DNA from: an uncultured bacterium
GTDB lineage: Bacteria > UBA8481
Reading direction: 5' to 3'
Assembly: GCA_964499705.1 (NCBI GenBank)
Contig: CAZCME010000002.1
Coordinates: 310,001-374,000 of the forward strand
DNA: 64,000 nt
In this document: piece after piece, positions 28,496 through 40,328 of the stretch
Layout: each line of letters opens with the position of its first letter
Numbering within the stretch: position 1 is the first letter of the stretch
Made by a program: the position numbers and the translations under genes
Notes under the pieces: model-generated
What the model saw: only the letters and a program-made list of their open reading frames with translations
Databases searched by the model: none
Told to the model about the DNA's origin: nothing

Positions 28496-28566
28496 CTGGG
28501 CATCACTCCTGAACGTTCATCACCGTGGTGCCGACGGCCTGCAGCCGGCGGCCCCGCTTCGCTTTC

Positions 28567-28989
28567 TTATCTCGGGCAGAGGCTTTCGGGCGGGAAAAAG
28601 AAGGAGATCTCCCGCGCCGCGTTCTCCGGCGAGTCCGACCCGTGCACGCTGTTGCGCTCCTTCGACTCCGCGAAATCCTTCCGGATCGTGCCCGGAGCGG
28701 CCTCCGCCGGATCCGTGGCTCCCATGACTTCCCTGGCCGCCAGGACCGCGTTGTCGCGTTCCAGAACCACCGGCATGCACGGGCCCGAGACCATGTATGT
28801 GCAGAGCGAATGGAAGAAGGGACGCTGGCTGTGAACCTCGTAAAAGGCCTCGGCCGTGGCGCGGTCGAAATGCGTCATGCGGGCCGCGACGATCTGGAAT
28901 CCCTTTTCCTCGAATTTAGTCAGTACTTTCCCGACGAGATTGCGTAAGACAGCATCGGGTTTCACGATGATGAGAGTGCGTTGAGACAA
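28567..28989 (-). CDS. ndk: Nucleoside diphosphate kinase
   Basis: RTLIIVKPD, HSQRPFF, GATDP, PGTIR, NSVHGSDS; SD GGAGG before TTG. Confidence 0.97.
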   Translation of the reverse strand: MSQRTLIIVKPDAVLRNLVGKVLTKFEEKGFQIVAARMTHFDRATAEAFYEVHSQRPFFHSLCTYMVSGPCMPVVLERDNAVLAAREVMGATDPAEAAPGTIRKDFAESKERNSVHGSDSPENAAREISFFFPPESLCPR

Positions 28990-29058
28990 GGATGTTACCT
29001 CCGATAATTTCACTCCATGATACTCCCTCAAGGCCTCCCGTGACAAGCGGATTGCTGC

Positions 29059-30186
29059 TCAGATGCGCTGGAAGAACCAGTAGGCGCCGGCGCACGAGAT
29101 CGCGATGGAACCGATTTGCACGACGAGGCGGCGACGTGGAATCCAGCGCACTCCGACCCAGAAGGGCGCCATGGCCGTCACGACAACCGCCTGGCCTATC
29201 TCGACGCCCAGGTTGAAGCAAAGGAGTGCGGCGGCGAAGGCGCCGCGGGAGAGCAGATCGATGTGGAGCGATGCGCCGAGCGCTCCGGCGAATCCGAAGC
29301 CGTGAATGAAGCCGAAAAGGAGCGCCGTTTTCCAGCGTCCGGTTGGATGTTGAAAGACGAGGTTCTCGATTCCCACATAGACGATGGTGAGCGCGATGAG
29401 CGGCTCGACGATAGAAGGAGAAAGAGAAACGGTGTTCGTGGCGGCGAGCGTCAGCGTGAGCGTATGAGAGACCGTGAATGCCGTGACGATCTTGAGCGTT
29501 TCCCGGAGGCTCGGTGAGACAAGGTGAAGCCCCAGGAGAAAAAGAATGTGATCGTATCCGGTGAAAATGTGCCAGATGCCTTCCACCGTCCAGGCCATGA
29601 CCCGATGCAGGGAGTCTTTCCACCCGCGCTCCTCGGGCGGGATGAAAGGCGCGAATCCATCGAATGCGTGGATCTGGAAATAGCCGGGCCCGCGGATATG
29701 CCCGACGGCCAGCGGAGGATAGGCTCCGAAGACATCCTCCGCGAAGAGTTCTTTCGCCTCCAGGACGATTGCTCCCGGGGTCCCGGAGCGCGCAAACGCG
29801 CCGCGCACCTGGAGGTGCTCGAACGCGAAGGACTCGGTTCGCGCCATGGCGGCGGACTCGCCGGCGAATTTCAGTCGTCTCCCCCCCTCCGTGAAATGAA
29901 AACGATCTTCGAAATACATAAATATGACCGCGCATTCCGATTCCGTCAGGCCCTCCCCCGCGAGCGCTCTGGCGCGCGGCGATTCGGTGTCCGGAAGGAT
30001 CTCGACCGGGAGAAGTTTTGACTGGAAGAGGACCTGGGTATCGGTGATCTCGATTTCCAGCGGGGCGATCTTGATCTGGTGCGCGTCAGCGGGAATCGCG
30101 GAAAAACCGGTGCTGAACAGCAGCATGAGCAGGCAAAATGACGAGGTCGATGACCACTCCTTCAGCCTCGGATTGAGATGCCGCAT
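29059..30186 (-). CDS. HupE/UreJ-family membrane protein (putative Ni/Co uptake)
   Basis: GIWHIFTGYDHILFL, TAFTVSHTLTL, VEPLIALTI, FGFIHGFGFA, FNLGVEIGQ. Confidence 0.85.
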   Translation of the reverse strand: MRHLNPRLKEWSSTSSFCLLMLLFSTGFSAIPADAHQIKIAPLEIEITDTQVLFQSKLLPVEILPDTESPRARALAGEGLTESECAVIFMYFEDRFHFTEGGRRLKFAGESAAMARTESFAFEHLQVRGAFARSGTPGAIVLEAKELFAEDVFGAYPPLAVGHIRGPGYFQIHAFDGFAPFIPPEERGWKDSLHRVMAWTVEGIWHIFTGYDHILFLLGLHLVSPSLRETLKIVTAFTVSHTLTLTLAATNTVSLSPSIVEPLIALTIVYVGIENLVFQHPTGRWKTALLFGFIHGFGFAGALGASLHIDLLSRGAFAAALLCFNLGVEIGQAVVVTAMAPFWVGVRWIPRRRLVVQIGSIAISCAGAYWFFQRI

Positions 30187-30236
30187 GAAGAATTGATTTT
30201 AGTTCTTTAGCGCATCATTTTCAACGTCGATAAATC

Positions 30237-32765
30237 GTGTCAATGGCAAGACAGAATGCGGCCCGGAACGAAGACGACGAGCGGGTCGTTAACTTTGATA
30301 AGAAACGTCGAAAAAACGAGGAGTCCGGACCCGGAGGATTCCTGACGACCGATGAACGGCGCGAAGCCGTGGGCTTCGTCCTGCTCGCCATCGCGGTCGT
30401 TCTCCTGACATCCCTGATTCTCAATCCTTCCGAACTCCGGGGAATCGCCTCTTCGGAGCATCCCTCCCCCGCCGGAAAATTTGGCCGCTGGATCGCCACA
30501 CGGATCGGCATCATCTTCGGCTTCGGCGGGCTCGTCATTCCGTTCTCCATCGGAGCCTGGGGAGCGGCGATCTTCCAGAGAAAGACCGCGAAGCAGATCG
30601 TCGCCAAGGGCCTGGCTCTCTCGGTCGCACTCATCTCCGCCTGCGCTCTGCTCGGGCTCGTGTACGAAGGCGGTTATCTCGGCGGGGCGTTGGGAGACAG
30701 GCTCGCGTACGATCTCTACCAGTCATTCGGCGTCATCTCCTTCGTCGTGGTCATCTTCGCCGGAATCATTTCGCTCGTCATCGGAACGCCGCTATCCTTC
30801 AGCGAGATCGGAGTCGCGGCGTGGCGCGGAATGGGCATCATCTGGGCCAGGCTCATGGAAATGCGCGCCGCATCGGCGGAGGCCTCGTCCGAGCGGCCAG
30901 TCCGGACCAGGAACGGAGAAACGGTGCAGGCTTCCGTGCCCGCGAAGAAGCAGAAGATTCCGGCCAGAGACAGCGAGGAAGCTCCGATCGAAGGAGAAGA
31001 TTCCGGGAGCAATATCGGCCGTGAGCATTTTGATAATGCGGAAATGAGAATTGTCACGACACCGGCGCTGAAACTGATCCAGAGCGAGCCGGTCAAGACG
31101 AAAGTGCCGGCGAAGAATTCCGTCTCCTCCTCTGATTTTTCTCCGGAAATTTCCGGAGAATCCCGCGATCCGCTTTCGCGCTCGGGGTCGCCTGTTCCGG
31201 CGCCGTCGTCCCAGGCATCGGTTCAGAAAGCCGAGCCGGTCTATGTTCCCGACGCCGATTTCACTCTCCCCTCGCTTGCGCTCCTGTCCGATCCCCCTCC
31301 GAATACGGCCAGTGTCACTGACGAAGATCTTCAATTGAAGGCCCATCGACTTCAGGCGACGCTGGCCGAATTCGGCGTGGTGTGCAAGGTCGGGGATATC
31401 CATCCCGGCCCGATCGTGACGCGATTCGAGCTTGTTCCGGAACCCGGCTGCAAGGTCTCCTCGATCACTTCGCTGACCGACGATATTTCGCTTGCCATGG
31501 CGGCCCGTTCCATCCGGATCGAAGCTCCCATTCCCGGCAAGCCCGCCGTCGGGATCGAGATTCCCAACGGGCAGGCGCAAAAAGTCGTCATCAAGCAGGT
31601 GCTGGCTTCGGATGAATTCCAGCGAGTCCGGGCGCAATCGCCACTGGCCGTGGCGCTGGGCCAGGACATTTCCGGCAACCCCGTCGTGACCGATCTCCGC
31701 CGGATGCCGCACCTTCTTATCGCCGGCTCCACCGGCTCCGGAAAATCGGTCTGCATCAATTCGCTCGTCAACTCCATACTCTTTTCCGCCCGTCCGACGG
31801 AAGTGAAGATGCTGATGGTCGATCCGAAAGTCGTCGAGCTCCAGGAATACAACGCGATCCCGCATCTGCTGGCTCCGGTCGTCACCGATCCCCGCAAGGC
31901 GCCGCGCGTCCTGCAATGGGCCGTGGAGGAAATGGACCGTCGCTATCAGTATCTCGCGCGCATGGGCGTCCGGGACATCGACAACTTCAATCGCCTCGTG
32001 CCCGAGGCTCCAGCGCAGGAAGACGCGGCGGCCGCGGACGAGTTCATCGACATCGATGAAGAGATGACGGATCAGGCTGTAGGCGTGGACGGCGTGCTCG
32101 AGCGGATGCCCTACATCGTCATCATCGTCGATGAATTCTGCGACCTCATGATGATCGCCGCGAAGGAATGCGAGGACGCCATCGTTCGCCTGGCATCCAT
32201 GGCGCGCGCGGTCGGGATTCACCTCGTGATCGCCACGCAGCGCCCCTCGGTCGATGTCATCACGGGCGTCATCAAGGCGAATCTTCCCTCCCGTATCGCT
32301 TTTCTCGTCAGCTCCAAGGTGGACTCCCGCACGATCCTCGATGTGATGGGCGCGGAGCGGCTGCTGGGACAGGGCGATATGCTCTTCAAGCCGGGAGATC
32401 GCCCCAAGCCGATGCGCCTGCAGGGCAACTACATCAGCGGCGAGGAAATCAAGGCCGTCATCAAGCACTACGGTTCCCAGGGCGCGGCCCGCCGTCAGCT
32501 TCAGCTCGAAGATACCACGTCCGAACCCGGCTCCATGAATGCCCTCGCCAACGACGATGACCCGCTTCTGCGTGATGCCATGCGGATCTGTCTCGAAGAC
32601 GGCATGGCGAGCGTTTCACGGATCCAGCGCCGCCTGAAGATCGGCCATCCCCGCGCCGCGCGTCTCGTCGATATCATGGAAGCCAAAGGCCTGGTGACGG
32701 CTCCGGATGGTTCCAAACCGAGGAAGCTGCTGTACGACGAAGCTTATCTCGGTGGCGACGCATGA
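30237..32765 (+). CDS. ftsK: DNA translocase FtsK
   Basis: N-terminal TMs; RIEAPIPGK, MPHLLIAGSTGSGKS, ATQRPSVDVITG, gamma domain SVSRIQRRLKIGHPRAAR; start may be ATG 30243. Confidence 0.96.
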   Translation: MSMARQNAARNEDDERVVNFDKKRRKNEESGPGGFLTTDERREAVGFVLLAIAVVLLTSLILNPSELRGIASSEHPSPAGKFGRWIATRIGIIFGFGGLVIPFSIGAWGAAIFQRKTAKQIVAKGLALSVALISACALLGLVYEGGYLGGALGDRLAYDLYQSFGVISFVVVIFAGIISLVIGTPLSFSEIGVAAWRGMGIIWARLMEMRAASAEASSERPVRTRNGETVQASVPAKKQKIPARDSEEAPIEGEDSGSNIGREHFDNAEMRIVTTPALKLIQSEPVKTKVPAKNSVSSSDFSPEISGESRDPLSRSGSPVPAPSSQASVQKAEPVYVPDADFTLPSLALLSDPPPNTASVTDEDLQLKAHRLQATLAEFGVVCKVGDIHPGPIVTRFELVPEPGCKVSSITSLTDDISLAMAARSIRIEAPIPGKPAVGIEIPNGQAQKVVIKQVLASDEFQRVRAQSPLAVALGQDISGNPVVTDLRRMPHLLIAGSTGSGKSVCINSLVNSILFSARPTEVKMLMVDPKVVELQEYNAIPHLLAPVVTDPRKAPRVLQWAVEEMDRRYQYLARMGVRDIDNFNRLVPEAPAQEDAAAADEFIDIDEEMTDQAVGVDGVLERMPYIVIIVDEFCDLMMIAAKECEDAIVRLASMARAVGIHLVIATQRPSVDVITGVIKANLPSRIAFLVSSKVDSRTILDVMGAERLLGQGDMLFKPGDRPKPMRLQGNYISGEEIKAVIKHYGSQGAARRQLQLEDTTSEPGSMNALANDDDPLLRDAMRICLEDGMASVSRIQRRLKIGHPRAARLVDIMEAKGLVTAPDGSKPRKLLYDEAYLGGDA

Positions 32766-32808
32766 ACCCGGCTTGGGCGGTATTCGCGATTCAACCCGCG
32801 CCCTGAGC

Positions 32809-34469
32809 ATGGCCGGCAAGATCCCCCACGTTCTCCTTTATGCCGCGGGTCTCGGAGCGGCATGGCTGGCGGAGCAGAACGGATCGAACGCGCAGTTCCT
32901 GATTCTGGCGCTCGGCGTGCCGATCGCCGCCCTGACGTCCACGCGGAAAAGCACGCCGAGCACCGCGACGCTCTGGCTCTGGGGAATTCTCGCCCTCATG
33001 CTGCTTCCGGCATCAACGGTTCGCCTGTACCCGGTCCTCTACGCATACCTCCCCGGTTTCGGAACTTCATTTCCGCCGACACGCTTTCTTTTTGTGCTCG
33101 CTCTGGCTGCCCTGTTCGCGGGTTTTCGCAGGTGGGATCCGGGACGCCTGAGGGCCTGGCATTTCGGCCTGCTCTTCCTTTGGATCACGATCTGCGCGGC
33201 CCGGTCGTTCGAAATCTACAAGAGGCTCGGCTACGGGTACGACCTGGCTCATGTCCTGAACCTCCTGGATAATACGCTCCAGGGTCGATTCCTCTTCAGC
33301 GATTATACGAACGCAAGCATCCTGTCTCATCACCTCTACTTGACGCTTCCCCTGCTGGCTCCCCTCTATTTCTTCGTGCATAGTCCTTATCTGCCTCAGG
33401 CCGTGCAGATCCTCCTCATGGCTGCCTCCGCGATCATCCTGCCCTGGGGCATCACGAAGAGATTCGGGAAGGATGCGGGAATGGCGGCCTTTTTTACATT
33501 CCTGATGCACCCGGCCTTCCAGGGACAGATTCTCCACGAATTCGACCCCGGCGTGATAGGCCTGTTCGCGGTGTCGCTTGCGATCCTCGGATTCTGCGAT
33601 CATTCGCCCCCTCTCTTCTGGACCGGTTGCATCGGCGCGGTGCTGTCGAAGGAGCATTTTGCCGCGGCCATGATCGTGATCGGGATCGTGATGATCGTGA
33701 CCGATCAGGGCAGGCGGGAGGGCAAGATCATGGTCGGCGGAGCTTTCGCGCTGCTCCTGGTGTTCATTCTATATTCGCTTCTCTCTCCCGGCACTTTCAA
33801 CTTGAAGTCCCAATGGGAGCTTCGAACCGGCGGCAGCATCATGACGCTGATAACGGAAGTATTCCGCCCGGCCAAGATCGGGTATGTGGTCCACATGTTC
33901 CTGCCGAGCGGAGGATTGGCGTTTCTGGCCTGGCCTGTCGTCCTCGCGGCGCTGCCGGAGCTCGCCATCAACGTCGTGTCGCGTTTTCCCATGAACCAGC
34001 TTGCCTCCCATTATTCCACCGTGTCCCTGCCGCTCCTGGCGCTGGCGTCCTCGCTGGCCGTCGCGCGCTGCGCCTCGAGAGATCACGAGCTGGGCCGATG
34101 GGCCGCGAAATACGTGATCTGCGCCAGCGTGGGTGCCGCGCTCTTTTCGAACCTGGGCCCCATTTCCCATTCGCTCGCCTTCTACGATGTACTGATGACG
34201 GAACGCGACTGGAAATTCCGGTATCTCGACAGCATGATAGCGCGGATACCGCCCGGCACGGTCGGTATCCGCGGCAGCCACAGGCTCCTGATCTATTTTT
34301 CCCGGCGTCGCCCTGCAATCGATCTTTCCTACATCAACTCGAGGGAGATGGTGGAGAGCAGGGATTTTCTCGTGCTCGACGAGTACTACGGCGGACCGCC
34401 CGATGGCTACACCCTGCTCGAAAGCGAAGGGAGGACATTCGTGTACGAAAAAACGCGGGTCGAAAAAGC

Positions 34470-34476
<7 letters not shown>
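32809..34476 (+). CDS. DUF2079-like polytopic membrane protein (putative GT-C glycosyltransferase)
   Basis: GYDLAH, ILSHH...PLLAPLY, LSKEH, HYS pattern and many TM helices; start uncertain. Confidence 0.65.
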
Positions 34477-35788
<1,312 letters not shown>

Positions 35789-35792
<4 letters not shown>

Positions 35793-36784
35793 GAAAGCTT
35801 CTTAGCCGGCGAGACCGGCAGGGAGATCTCGAATACGGTTCCGCCCTCGGCGCGATTGGATGCGCGGATCGTGCCGCCGTGCGCGGAGATGATGCCGCGG
35901 CTGATCGCGAGTCCCAGCCCGAGGCCGCCCGTTTTCGTCGTCACGAAGGGATCGAAGAGCGTTTCCAGGGCGGATACGGGAATACCGGATCCGTTGTCCG
36001 CGACGCGGATGATCCTGCCGGCCGGCGCGCGTTCGACCGTCACCCATGCCTGTGTCGCGCGCGCGTCCCGAGCGTTCTTGAGGAGATTATCCATTACGCG
36101 ACCGAGGAGCGTCCTGTCGCCCACGATGCCGGAGGCGTCGGATGGAATATCGAAGGTGAGGTTCAGGCCGTCCACGGGATGGAACAGCGACTGGATCTCG
36201 ATGGGCTCCGGGACGATCTTCGGCGATCTCGAGAAGGAGAGGATGGAATCCGTGATCGCCTCGCACCGCCTCGCTTCCTCGCGGATCGTCCGGAGATCGC
36301 GCGAGAGCGTTTCGTCCGGATGGCGTTCCAGAGCCAGGTCCGCGAACCCGATGACGTTCGTGATGGGATTCCGGATCTCGTGCGCCAGGCCGGCCGCGAG
36401 ACGGCCGATGGCGGCGAGACGTTCTGTGCGTTCCATCTCCGTCGTCTCCGTCTCCCTGGCCTTCTCTCCGCGATTCATCTCGTCCAGGAGAACCGCGATG
36501 CGGCGGGACAGTTCCTCGAGGTCTCCGGATATGATCCTGCCTCGCCGCGCGGCGACGGCATCGGCCAGTTCACGGATCGCCCGGCGTTCGCGTCGCAGCG
36601 CGGCGAACGGAAGAAATGTAATGACGATGATGGCCAGGGTCAAGCAGGACAGAGTGAAGATGAAGGATTTGATCTCGAGGGGACGCGGCATGTCGGGCAA
36701 CACGAAGGCGATGCCGACGGCCAGCGCGGCAAAGAGCGTGATGAGAATGACGGCGATGAGGAGTGCGTTGAACGTCCGCGACAT
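35789..36784 (-). CDS. Membrane sensor histidine kinase
   Basis: Two TMs; H-box LAHEIRNP, N-box NLLKNA, DNGSG, FDPFVTTK, GLGLGL. Confidence 0.92.
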
Positions 36785-36797
36785 CAGGAGCCTTCTC

Positions 36798-38396
36798 TCA
36801 TCGAAGATCCATGCGCCTTCTCATGAAGCGCACGTTCGCGGCCGGCTCGCCGTCGCGCTCGAGCCTTTCGAGCGCGATATTCGCCAGGGAAAATTCGAGC
36901 GTATCGCCGGTGTTTTCGATCGCGGCAAGCTGGAGAGGTTCGACGGTGCGGATAAAGCCGAGCTGATGCGAAAGACGGCGGCGCGCCTCCGTAGCGGTCA
37001 TCGTGTCGGAGTTCCGCTCGGCCTGCTCCGCCTTCCATAGCCACGCGCGCGCGAGCTCGAAGCGGATCGGGGATTCCGTGGGGGATTTTCCCACGGCGGA
37101 TTCAAAACCGCGGATGGCATCGTCGGGCGAACCGGAACGGGACGATCGCATCGCGGCGGCAACCCACGCTTCGGGTCGCTCCGATTCCAGCTTCAGGAAA
37201 TCGTCGACGGCGGTCGGCGATCGGGACTCGATCGCGATCCGCGCGTCGTAAGGAGCAAGCTCGTGCGATCGAGTCTGAAGACCCAGCGCGTACAGCATCA
37301 GGAGACCCGCCATTGAAAATTCCACGAGCGGAAACCGGGAACGCGCCGGTGCCGGGGAAAGGGGAAATGCCGAGCCTGCCGCATGGAACGCATGAAAGAG
37401 AGGATAGACCAGGCGAAGAGGAAAATAAAAGAGCGAAAGGAGGGAGACCGCTACAAGAAAGGCAGCCTCCGTCCTGTATCCCGCTGTTGCGGTGGCAAGG
37501 ATCAGGAAGAGCCAGGCCGCCAGCGCGGCGCAGGCGAGCGGAAGTCCGATCTCCATGGCCAGTTCCAGGAAATCGTTATGCGCATACACAGGCGAGCGCA
37601 TGCGGCGGATTTCGAGCGGGTCCGGCAGGAGCGCGCGGCGCGAAACAGCATCGAAGGATCCCAGTCCCCATCCCGTCCATGGTCGTTCCATGATCAGGCT
37701 GGAGGTCGCCAGATAAATCGACGAACGGTGCCATGCCAGCGGATCCGAACGCACGCGGCTGATGACTGACGGGAGGGCCGCCAGGAGAAAAAGCGCGACC
37801 AGGGCGATCTTCAGGCGCCGTCGCCCGGGGATGAGCAGGAAGAGGGCCGCGGCGGCCGCGATGCCAAGAGCGCGGGATGTCGAAGCGATCACCGCGAGCA
37901 CGGTACCGAGAGATGAAAAATGGAATAATCGGCGATAGCGAATTATCTGTGCCCGGAATCCGAAGATGCCCTGCAGCAGGATCGCGATTCCGCAATCGAT
38001 CGGTGAAACCATCCAGAGCCGCGGAGCCTCGCGTGTCAGGAGCCATTCACCGCAGGAGAGCACGGACAGGATGATGGCGCAGGCTGAAGAGATGAGGCCG
38101 CGCCCGGGCGAAGGACCTGTCCCCGCCAGATACCAGCCATAGGCTCCGGCGAGAATCCCGCAGGCTTCGAGCGACGGCCCGAGCGCTGTTCCGTACACGA
38201 GCGAAGCGATGGCTCCGAGAATGAGCGGGAGCAGCAATAAGAGAACGCGTGGAGAACGGCCGCGCGTCGAAGCCAGCAGCAGTCCTCCTGCGGCCATCAG
38301 CGTGCCAATCGTTTTGTAATGGGGCGTGGAGAAGAGGCAGGCATGCAGCGAGAGCAGCAGTTCCGCTCCGTGTTCCATTAGAAATCGCTTCATCAT
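36798..38396 (-). CDS. O-antigen ligase (Wzy_C)-family membrane protein with C-terminal TPR-like region
   Basis: STSR, PWTGWGLGSF, YAHNDFLELAMEIG; soluble tail DAIRGFESAVGKSP...RFELARAW. Confidence 0.78.
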   Translation of the reverse strand: MMKRFLMEHGAELLLSLHACLFSTPHYKTIGTLMAAGGLLLASTRGRSPRVLLLLLPLILGAIASLVYGTALGPSLEACGILAGAYGWYLAGTGPSPGRGLISSACAIILSVLSCGEWLLTREAPRLWMVSPIDCGIAILLQGIFGFRAQIIRYRRLFHFSSLGTVLAVIASTSRALGIAAAAALFLLIPGRRRLKIALVALFLLAALPSVISRVRSDPLAWHRSSIYLATSSLIMERPWTGWGLGSFDAVSRRALLPDPLEIRRMRSPVYAHNDFLELAMEIGLPLACAALAAWLFLILATATAGYRTEAAFLVAVSLLSLFYFPLRLVYPLFHAFHAAGSAFPLSPAPARSRFPLVEFSMAGLLMLYALGLQTRSHELAPYDARIAIESRSPTAVDDFLKLESERPEAWVAAAMRSSRSGSPDDAIRGFESAVGKSPTESPIRFELARAWLWKAEQAERNSDTMTATEARRRLSHQLGFIRTVEPLQLAAIENTGDTLEFSLANIALERLERDGEPAANVRFMRRRMDLR

Positions 38397-39973
38397 GTTT
38401 CGGCTGGTGCCGTCGGCGCGCGCTCCACGCGGTTTCTGCCGGACTGCTTGGCGCGATAGAGCGCCTGGTCGGCGCGCTTCAATGTTTCTTCGGGATCCTC
38501 CCTGCCGCAGGAGCTCGCGACGCCCAGGGACGCGGTGAGGGAAATCTCCTTATCGAAGAAAACGAAGGGCGTCTTCTCGATGCTGAGCCTGATACCTTCC
38601 GCCTGCGCCGCGGCGAACTCCATGTCGTCGTCCGGCGTGAGGAGCACGAATTCCTCGCCTCCCAGGCGATAGGCGACTCCGCCGGACTGCTCGCGCAGTA
38701 TGCGCGCAACCAGCCGGATCGCCGCGTCTCCCGCGTCATGACCATACGTGTCGTTGATCGTCTTGAACCGGTCGATGTCGGCGATGATGACCGTGCGCTT
38801 GCGATCGCGCGTGGATTCCAGTTCGCGCGTGCAGAGCTCCCTGCGAAAGAGCCCCGTCAGGCCGTCGACGGCGGCCGCCTGGTAATTGAGCACGCGGTCG
38901 AGGGCGATCCGGAGACTGCGGCCGAGAATTTCCGCGGCCGTCCTGGAGACCTGTTCCGGGAAGAGCGCGATGCAGCAGCTCGCAATCGGCACGATGATGG
39001 AGGTCCCGGGCAGGAGGCGGACGGTCTCGTTCTCCAGGGCAATCTCCCCTTCCGTCTCGGTTCCCGTTTCCAGGATCCGCCGCACATCATCGGAGACCGG
39101 ATGCTCATCGAGCCAGAAGGACGCAGCGCTCGAATGAAGCTGGCGGATGGAGGCGTCGACACAACGGCGGAACGCGGCCATGGAATCTCCCGCATTCATG
39201 AGTATTTCCACCGCACAGAAGAGGCGGAAGAGCTCGTTGGGCCGCTTGCCGCCCGGCACGGTACGTCTGGCCTCATCCCGCCATGCCGCGTCGCAGATGG
39301 TCGCATACGAGCAGAAGAGGCAATGACGCTCGGGTTTCGGAGCGAATTCCTTGTCCGCCTCCATCGTCGCGCAGAGCCGGCTGACGTCGCCCTCGATGCG
39401 GCGCGCGTCTTCGGCAACGATTTCATGAATTCCATCGAGCTCACCGAGCTGGATGATGCGCACTGCGGCGACGGATTTCTGGAAGATCTTCGCCACGGCC
39501 GCAGCGTAGATCTGGAGCCCCCAGTCGCCATGAACCGGCTTGTGCGCTCCGAGCGCGTAGTCGATCACGACCAGGGAGCCGTTCGATTCGTCGATGCGGT
39601 CGATCCGGCCCCGGAGTCGTGATCCGGCGAAGGGATGTTCGAAGGAGTAGGCGAAGCGGACGGGATTTCCCGAGGAAATATGCGAGAAGGATTCCCAGAG
39701 CATCCATCGCGCCTTGTGATAGGAATCCGCCGCATGCCGGGAGTCGCTGAAGAGATGCGGGTCCCAGTGCGCGGAGAGCGCCGCATCGAGCAGGGACCAA
39801 TCGCCGCCGGCTCCGGCGTGATAATCCGCCAGCGCGGCATGAATGATGTTGGAGAGGCCGAATCGCTTCGACTGTTCCTCCCGGTCCTGAGGCAGATGCT
39901 CGACGTTCGTGAAATAAAATTTGCGCGGACAGGACAGGTAGGTGTTGATGCCCGATACGGAAAACGATCTCAT
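38393..39973 (-). CDS. Fusion of PD-(D/E)XK (AddB/Cas4-like) nuclease domain and GGDEF diguanylate cyclase
   Basis: FSVSGINTYLSCPRKFY, IIHAAL, LRGRIDRID, VIDYA, LQIYA, CLFCSYATIC; then DGLTGLFRR, DIDRFKTINDTYGHDAGD, YRLGGEEF, ADQALYRAKQSGRNRV. Confidence 0.88.
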   Translation of the reverse strand: MRSFSVSGINTYLSCPRKFYFTNVEHLPQDREEQSKRFGLSNIIHAALADYHAGAGGDWSLLDAALSAHWDPHLFSDSRHAADSYHKARWMLWESFSHISSGNPVRFAYSFEHPFAGSRLRGRIDRIDESNGSLVVIDYALGAHKPVHGDWGLQIYAAAVAKIFQKSVAAVRIIQLGELDGIHEIVAEDARRIEGDVSRLCATMEADKEFAPKPERHCLFCSYATICDAAWRDEARRTVPGGKRPNELFRLFCAVEILMNAGDSMAAFRRCVDASIRQLHSSAASFWLDEHPVSDDVRRILETGTETEGEIALENETVRLLPGTSIIVPIASCCIALFPEQVSRTAAEILGRSLRIALDRVLNYQAAAVDGLTGLFRRELCTRELESTRDRKRTVIIADIDRFKTINDTYGHDAGDAAIRLVARILREQSGGVAYRLGGEEFVLLTPDDDMEFAAAQAEGIRLSIEKTPFVFFDKEISLTASLGVASSCGREDPEETLKRADQALYRAKQSGRNRVERAPTAPAET

Positions 39974-40257
39974 GGAATGAAGATCATATCCTCCCGGGCC
40001 AGAGGCCAGCGCTCGGCGTCCGGTTCCTCCGTCGCGATGATCTTCACTCCGCAGCTGAGGATGCGCGCGAGAAGCTGCTCCAGTTCGCCCGCGCGGCTCG
40101 AGGCTCCTTCCCGAAACTGGACGAAGAGCTCGATCGGGCGTGATTCGTCGCCCGTGTCTGCCGTGGAGGATGCAACGAGAGCGATGGTCGCGACGCGAAA
40201 CCGCGGCCATTCCTGCCGTTGTTGCGCAATGAGCGAGAGGACGGGTATGGGATTCAA
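39970..40257 (-). CDS. Small degenerate MNT-like (minimal nucleotidyltransferase fold) protein
   Basis: RFRVATIALVASSTADTGDESRPIELFVQF...ELEQLLARILSCGVKII...EDMIFI follows MNT spacing; ATGA overlap with next gene; TTG start inferred. Confidence 0.5.
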   Translation of the reverse strand: MNPIPVLSLIAQQRQEWPRFRVATIALVASSTADTGDESRPIELFVQFREGASSRAGELEQLLARILSCGVKIIATEEPDAERWPLAREDMIFIP

Positions 40258-40328
40258 GAGGGAGTGTGCTTGGAAAAAAGACGCGGAGAGGGAGGCGTCG
40301 TAAAATGGTTCTCTCTTCTGTCGTGCAT

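Noticed and set aside
28270-28506. 78-aa ORF after the AGGAG upstream of ComEA
   Set aside because: Start codon is too close to the SD, product has no features, and it overlaps the ComEA frame
39290-39973. Cas4-like domain as sign of a CRISPR-Cas locus
   Set aside because: No repeat-spacer array or other cas genes seen; the domain is fused to GGDEF
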